From IMG/VR virus record IMGVR_UViG_3300027969_000214, positions 1-37,800 of that record: DNA of 37,800 bases. One strand, given 5' to 3'. This DNA comes from a virus. Taxonomy: Duplodnaviria; Caudoviricetes. Position numbers and translations under genes: made by a program. This document shows, in pieces, positions 27,320-35,000 of this stretch; position 1 is the first letter of the stretch; each line of letters opens with the position of its first letter. A model generated the notes under the pieces. The model did no database searches. It was not told the DNA's origin and saw only the letters and a list, made by a program, of their open reading frames with translations.

Positions 27320-29062
27320 ATGAATCTGATCCAAGTACAAGAGCACCTCAAGGATATGCCCATGAGGGCAATCATGGAATACGCTAACGGGAAGAACCCT
27401 CAGGTTCCTCCCTATTTGGCTTTGGGTGAATTAAACCGCCGTAAGCAGATGGAGCAATCCGCAAGGACAGGCACACCTCCTGAGGGCACAGTCAAAGACA
27501 AGCTTGAGAAAGAGATCACAGGACAGGCTACCGACCTCATGCAGGCCGGTGCTGCCCGTCAAGCGCAGTCTAATGAACAGCTTCAACAAAGCCTGATGGG
27601 TCAACCCCAGCCAGTGCCAGAAGGTACGCCTCAGCCTCCACAGCCAGAGGAGCCAATGCCAGAGATGCAACAGATGGCTGCGGGTGGTTTAACTTCTTTG
27701 CCCACAGGAGGCATGTTTAAATTTGCAGGAGGCGGCGGTGTCGTTGCTTTTGCCGATGAGGGTTTGGTAGTTGACCAAGCTGAACAAGCCGCTAGAGATG
27801 CCAAGGCGGCTTTGCGTCAATATGGTTTACGCCAACAACAACAAGATCCTCAAGGTTTTGCTGCGGCGCAACAAGCTGCTGCTGCGGCTGATGCTGCTGT
27901 AAACGATGCAAGACGTGCTGCGTTTGGTAGTGATACTGGCCCTGCCGGGGCTTTGGGTCAAAGCATGGGTGCGCCTGTGCGTAATGCACAACAACAAGCT
28001 GCGGCTCGTGTGCAACCCACCTTTAGTCCTGATGATCAAAGCGCGGCAGAAACAGCCCGTCTGGCTCGTCAGAACGCAGGCCCACCTATGGGGATTGCCA
28101 CAGGCACAACTCCTGATGCATCTATGATGCCTCCCCCCATGCCCGGTGGCGGTGGTGGGATACCATCATTAAAAATACCTAAAGGCCCATCATTTGAAGC
28201 GCCTGATCCAGATGCTTATGATAAGAAGCTTGCTGCGTTTAAACAAGCAAACCCCGGTTTGGCTGGCAGCGAGTTCCAGAAGTTATTGGATAAGATTGCT
28301 CAACAGGATGAGGCTGACCGCGCTCGTTTCATTACACAAGAAAAAGGCCGTACACGTGCTGATTTCTGGAAATCATTGATTGACGCAGGCGAAGCTACCC
28401 GTGGACAAAAAGGTCTGGGTGCTTTGCTAGGTGGCTTTGGTAAATCTGCTGGCGCTTCTGAAGCGGCTGCGGCTGATCGTGCAGATGCACAAGCCAAGAT
28501 GCGTCGTGATCAAGAGATGGGCATGGCTAAGATGCGTGCCGAACTTGAGGCTGCCCGTCGCGCTGAAGCTCGTGGTGACTTTGAAGGTGCGTTTAAACAT
28601 CGTCAAGATGCTGAAAAAATTGGCCGTGATCTGCAACAAACAGAATTTGCCAACCAAATGGAAGGGGCCAAGTTGGCTGAACAGGCTCGTGGTCATAGCA
28701 TTCAAGCGGCTAGTGCCAACCGCGATCCTGAGCTTATTAAGATTGCTAGGTCAATCCACAAGCCCGGTATGCCATGGGAAGAGGCTCTTGATCGGGCGGC
28801 GCATTATGCACGTGGCGCTCAATATGAGACTGTGGCTCAACGCGAGAAGGCCGCACTGGGTAAAGACTTGTCAGCCAAGACCAACATGATTGACATGCAG
28901 TTGGCTATGACCAAGCCCGGCTCTTCTGATCACAAAGAACTAATGAATCAGCGTCAACGAATCATTGATCAATTCTTAGCCGACCAGAAGATGTTGGGTG
29001 GTAAACTTGGTGGCAATGCGCCAGCCGCAACCGTCCCCGGTAAAGTTGAACGACTTGGATAA
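27320..29062 (+). CDS. Internal virion/ejection protein (helical)
   Basis: VPPYLALGELNRR; MAAGG/FAGGG motifs; coiled coils. Confidence 0.65.
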   Translation: MNLIQVQEHLKDMPMRAIMEYANGKNPQVPPYLALGELNRRKQMEQSARTGTPPEGTVKDKLEKEITGQATDLMQAGAARQAQSNEQLQQSLMGQPQPVPEGTPQPPQPEEPMPEMQQMAAGGLTSLPTGGMFKFAGGGGVVAFADEGLVVDQAEQAARDAKAALRQYGLRQQQQDPQGFAAAQQAAAAADAAVNDARRAAFGSDTGPAGALGQSMGAPVRNAQQQAAARVQPTFSPDDQSAAETARLARQNAGPPMGIATGTTPDASMMPPPMPGGGGGIPSLKIPKGPSFEAPDPDAYDKKLAAFKQANPGLAGSEFQKLLDKIAQQDEADRARFITQEKGRTRADFWKSLIDAGEATRGQKGLGALLGGFGKSAGASEAAAADRADAQAKMRRDQEMGMAKMRAELEAARRAEARGDFEGAFKHRQDAEKIGRDLQQTEFANQMEGAKLAEQARGHSIQAASANRDPELIKIARSIHKPGMPWEEALDRAAHYARGAQYETVAQREKAALGKDLSAKTNMIDMQLAMTKPGSSDHKELMNQRQRIIDQFLADQKMLGGKLGGNAPAATVPGKVERLG

Positions 29063-29065
29063 GAC

Positions 29066-32000
29066 ATGGCAATTTATCAGTACACCGCTCCTGATGGGCA
29101 CAAGTATCGTGTAGAGGCTCCAGAGGGCGCTACTGATCAACAGGTGTATGGATTAGTGGTGCAAAATTATCCGTATGCGGGGCAAACTACCAAAGAACTT
29201 GAAGAGACTAAGCGTGCACCGAGCACCATCAAGGACATTGGTCTAGGTGGCCTAGGAGCGTTGGCCGGTGGCATACAAGGCTTGACAAACATTGCCGGTG
29301 TAGATAACCCAGTCTCCAAAGGCTTGGGATCTATACAGCAATACGCACAAGAAAATCTTAGCCCTGCTCGTCAGGAAGAGTTAGCCATTCAAGGTGAATT
29401 AGAAAGCCGTGCTCAAGGCACTGGTTTGGCTAACGAAGTTGGCACTGGCATACGTCGGTTTACACAGGCTCCTGTACAGGGCACGGTAAACGCATTGCTT
29501 GGCAGTGCTCCTATCATTGCTGCGGGTTTTATCCCCGGTGGGCAAGCCGCCGCAGGCGCAAGCCTAGGAGCCAGAGTATTGGCTGGAGCACGTGGAGCCA
29601 CTGGTATCGGTGGTTTGATGGGCGTTGGTGGTCAGAAAGGTCAAGACTACGAAGCAGTTAAACAAGCCTTGTTGGACAAGGGTTTAGACCCAGCTATTGC
29701 AGAACAAAGAGCGTTAGAGGCCTCTGCATATTCATTACAGAATGCTCCACGTCAACTTCTTGCTGGCGGTGCTGGTGCAATGGAAGGCATGTTTGGTGTT
29801 GAGCAAGCTTTGGCTAATGCTGCCAAGAAAGTCAGCAAATCTACCGGCGCAGCAGCATTGGATGCCCCTACGTTTAAACGTGCTGTTGGAACATCTGTGC
29901 TGGGTGAAGGCGTACCTGAAGCCATTCAAGCTGGTGTTGGTCAAATTGGAACTAACGTAGCTTTAAACCAGTCTGGTATTAACACCGATCTCACTGAAGG
30001 CTTGGCCGGTACAGTTGCACACGATGCTTTAGTTGGCTCTGTATTGGGTCTTGCTGTTTCTCCTGTGCAGATGTCTAATTTGCAACGTGAATACAAACAA
30101 TCAAAAGCCGATGAACAAGCTAGAAAGCAAGCTGAAACTGACGCACAAATACAAGCTGCGACACAAAAGGCAGAAGCCGAGCGTGCTGTTCTTCAGAAAC
30201 AGACCGATGACATCCAAAAGCAAATGGAGCAACAGCAAGCTATTGCTTTGCCTGCACCGGCTGAGGAAATCCCCGTTGAAGAAGTACAGACCGATCCGCT
30301 CAAGAATCCTTTAGGCAACATCCGTAAGAGCGAAGTTCCTTTTGACATCTACAAACAAATTGATGAGTACCGCAAAGGTGCTGGCCTTCCCAAGCTCAAG
30401 GAGTACTCGATTGAGGACTTTGTGGATTCTATGCCGGGGCAGAACCCCAAGGCAGAGCAAGGCCTATTGGATGAGCTTATCACCGCCAAGTCTGGTTATG
30501 CCGGTGAGAAGTACACCGCACAAGACATCCTAAATCAAGCCAAGCTGAAGAACGTAGACACCAGTACCAAAGGTTTCAAAGATTTCTTAGCTAGAACCAC
30601 TGGTGCAAGCGCACTGGAACAGATGTCTCAGCCGCAGCTACATGCTGCGTTTAAAGCGTTAAACAACCTGCCAGCATCGGAAGGTTTAAACATCCTGCCC
30701 GAAGGCACAAACGCACGCCGGTTTGATGAGAAGCAATACGACAAAGCCATCAAGGGTGTAGACTTTTTGTTGGCAGAACTGGGCGTTCCTGTAGATCCTA
30801 AGGAAGTCATCAAGACCATCAAGGAATACACGAACCTTACAGAAGACTCCCATGCCGGAGCTATTCTAGATACAGCCATTAAGAACGGTGACGTTGACCT
30901 GATCAAGACACCTCGCTATGAGATCTATGATCCCAAGACGGGAACTGCCCTTCCGTCCACCTACACATCTAGGACTGCTGCACGCGCTGCGGCAGCCAAG
31001 CGTGGTTTAAACGTTAGGCAGATTACAACAGATGCCATCGCTGCCCCCGCCACCTCCGCCACGCTGCCCGAAGGATTTGACATCCGCGAAGGTGCGTTTA
31101 AAGAGGGTGAAGCTCCAGCAGGTTACGACGTGCTGGCCGGTGAAGAAGTGCTGTTTAAAGCTAACACAGTCGAAGAAGCCAACGCCAAAAAGGACAGCTT
31201 TGAGCGTACCCGTGCCGGTATGGCTAACGCCCGTGAGAATCAAATCACGCAGTTGAACAACGCCATCGAAGCAAGCCAAAAGCGTTTAACCACCATGGAG
31301 GCTCAGGGCAAAGGTCAGACGACCGGTTACCAAAAGGCCGCCGGTAAGCATGCCAAGCTGGTCGCAGACACTCAGGCAAAGATTGCCGCCCTGACAGAAG
31401 AGATCAAGAAGTTTGATCCTAAGGTCACTGCGCTTGCAGTCAAGCCAACAGGCACTAAAGCCATTGGCCGTAAGGGCTACACGGTGTTTGAACAGGGTCA
31501 GGCACGTGCTACATATCCATCCCGTCAAGCGGCTGAAGAAGGCATCTTGGCCGACATGGATGAGAAGCAACTGCAAGAGTTGACTCAGCAACAAGGCCGT
31601 CGGGCGGTTGGTAAGAAGGCTCAGGCTGAACTGGAACGCAGAACTGCACCCAAGCCTACAGAAGGTAAGCCTGTGTCTGAGGTTCTGGAAGGCATTGAAA
31701 CTGAAGCCAAAGCCGCCAAGGCAAAGGCTGAAGCGGCCAAAGAGACACCCGGCCTCAAAGAGAAGATGGCGGCTGTCGAAGCCCAACTCAAACCCATCCT
31801 CAAGAAGTTTGGCCTTGGTGATGTCAAGCTGAACCTTGTTGAGAAGCTGGACTCAGAAGGCTCCTACAACGAGAACCTGATCAAGATTGCCTTGGAAGAA
31901 AAAGAACCAGTGCGTATCTTGCGCCATGAGGCTTTGCACGCTCTAAAGGATTTAAACTTCTTTACGCCTCAGCAGTGGAATGCGCTTGAGCGCATGGCTA

Positions 32001-35000
32001 AGAGCGATTGGACTGACAAGTATCTGAAGAAGAAGATTGTTGAGCACAAGGGCAAGCGCATGTCTGCCTATGATGCTTATGTTGACATCTACAACAATGA
32101 CATGGCTAAGGTTACAGAAGAAGCCATTGCTGAAGCCTTTGCTGACTTTGCCAATAACAAGCCACCAGCAGGAATGCTGGCTGCACTACTCAAACGTTTA
32201 AACGACTTCTTCACTGCGCTGCGTAATGCACTGAACGGTGCTGGTTTTCAGACTTACGAAGATGTGTTTGGCAAGATTGAGCGTGGCGAACTGTCTCAAA
32301 AGCCAAGCGCATGGAAGGCTAACGACAAAGTTAAAGATGATGCGGTCAAGTACTCCATGAAGTTTGGGATTGATCCGTATACCTCTGAAGGTCAGATCAA
32401 CGTTCCGTTGGATGGCGACAACACACGCTTCTCCATCAAGCAACCCTATGATCAGAAGAAACTTAGCAAAGACGAGACATTAAAGAACGACCCAATTACA
32501 GGTCTGCCTTTAAACGCTAACGGCACAGTGACGTTGTACTACCCAACGACCAACGAGTCGGCTAGGGATCTTGCTGAAACCCGCAAGCTCAAGGGCCACT
32601 CGCCTACAGCCAACCGCATCTACTTGACCAACGAGTCCAGTTCGGCTGCGATCACAAACAAGCCCGGCATGATTGATCAACCTGTGGGTGGTGCGAACGT
32701 ATTGCTACAAGTAGATCCATCTGTGATCCATTTGTTAGAAGAGCACTCAGATGGCCGGAAAGATTTCTTTATCCCAATCGCAGAAGGTAAAGCGTTTGAG
32801 AAGAAGATGGCTCAGACCAAGCTGTTTACACTCAATGCGCCGCGTACCAAAGGCCTACACCCTGACCGCACTCTGAAGCAAGTTACGACCGCAGTAAACG
32901 ATGCGGCCACTAAGTGGGCTAACTCTTCTGCGGCAGATCGTCGCATCATGGCACGTAATGCCAAAGATGTGCTCCGTGCAGAGCACAACATCAGTCGCTT
33001 GTTTGGTGCTAACTCCAAGCTGGAGAAGACCAATATCGGTGAATACGGCCTGACATACAACGGCAAGAAGGTCATGTCCACAGGACTTGGCTTTGCTTCA
33101 GCACAGAAGATCAATGACGAGCAACGTGCCACCACATGCCCTCAGTCAGGCATCTGCGAGGACTTGTGCCTTGGAGAAACCTCTGGACAGAACTTGCTGT
33201 ACGGTGGCGAAGGCCAGTGGCGCTCAGGCCCACGCCTGTCTCAGTACTTAAAGACTGAGGCTCTAGTGGTAAACCCTGAGGCGTTTGCCATTGCCATGAT
33301 CAAGCAGATTGAATCATTCCGCAAGGCAGCACGGGATTTGGATTACCACCCGGCTATTCGTTTAAACGTTACATCTGACTTCAACCCTAGCACGTTTGAG
33401 AACATTATCAACATGTTCCCTGATGTGACCTTCTACGACTATACAAAGCTAGATACCAAGCCAATCGCACCTAATCATCATTTGACCTATAGCTCAACTG
33501 GTGCATCGCAGGTTGTTGATAAGAAGACGATCTTTAACAAGTTCTCTAATTGGGATCGCATGGTAGACAAGATTCTGCCTAGCGGTCGCAATGTGGCTAT
33601 GGCGTTTACAAGCCGCTCATCCATGCCTAAGTTTGTTAAGGACGAAAGAACTGGCAAAACGTTTGAGGTGTGGAATGGTGATGAGTACGATGCTCGTTTC
33701 CTTGACCCAGTCAAAGAAGGCGGTGACGGCTTAATCATTGGCCTGACCAACAAGGACAACACCACCAAGCCTGAGGATGCGGCAGAGAAGCACAATGGCT
33801 TCTTCCTTGATTACGATCCTGAGCGTGATGGCGATACATTGGTTATCCCCAACCAAGAGAAGCTAAAAGGCGACCAAGGTCAGCCAGTTACATTTTCTAA
33901 GAAGCCACGGTTTAGCTTGCGTAGCGTTCCACCAGAGCCGGGCACAGAACCAATTCCACAAGGCATGGTTCGGTTGTACCACCAAACAGACGGGCAGTCT
34001 CTAGACAAGATTGCCAAAGAAGGTTTGTCAATCAAGTACGCCAAAGGCATTGAAGGCCCGAAGGCTATTTATGCCGGAGAGCAACCATTCTATGGCGCGG
34101 CAGACTCACGCCCAACGTTAGAGTTCTTTGTGCCTAAAGCGCAGTGGGATGCTCCATTTGTGCTTGAGGATGTTAAGCCTGAACAGATCATTGCGGCTCA
34201 TTACCCTTGGCATAAAACTGCTCGTTACTTGGAATCTGAGCCACAGTCTATGCAATCTGCATTAGACGGCCAATATGATGATTTAAAAGATCCAGACACA
34301 TCTAAGGCCGTGGAGTACATCAAAGAAAAGTACAGCAAGACTGATGAGCGTATGAGCCTGCGTGATGCGCCGGAAACGCCTGAGTTTAAACAGTTCTTTG
34401 CTGGCAGCAAGGTTGTTAATGAAGATGGCTCCCCCAAAATCATGTACCACGGTACAAACAAAGATTTCAATGAGTTTGTTATTGCTGAAAAAGCAAATAG
34501 AACAGGAATGCCTGACGGCTTTTATTTCACATCCGATATAGACGATGCAAACCGATACGCAAAAGGTGAAGGCGCTAACGTTATTCCTGTGTATCTAAGT
34601 ATTAAAAATCCATTTAACCTTGGCGAGAAAAATAAAATCTCCAAAGAAATGGTTATGCAGTTTAGGGATGAATTACGTGCAGACAACCCCGACCTACCGT
34701 TTAGTTGGATACAAGAAAAAGTTGCTATTTTTAAAGAAAATACTGCCGCCGGTAGGTTTCCGTTTCCCAGTATTAGTTTCCCTACAGCAGCAATGCAACG
34801 GGTGTTTGAAGTTGGTGGCTACGATGGTTTGATTGACGGGGGTAGAGTTTTTGTTGCTTTTAATTCCAATCAAGTTAAGTCTGCAATTGGCAATACTGGT
34901 GCGTACAGCAAGTACAACCCTGATGTGCGCTACAGCTTGCGTGAATCCACTGACCCGGACACTGTTAGCCGTGTAAACGCAACAACGACTACCCGCGAAG

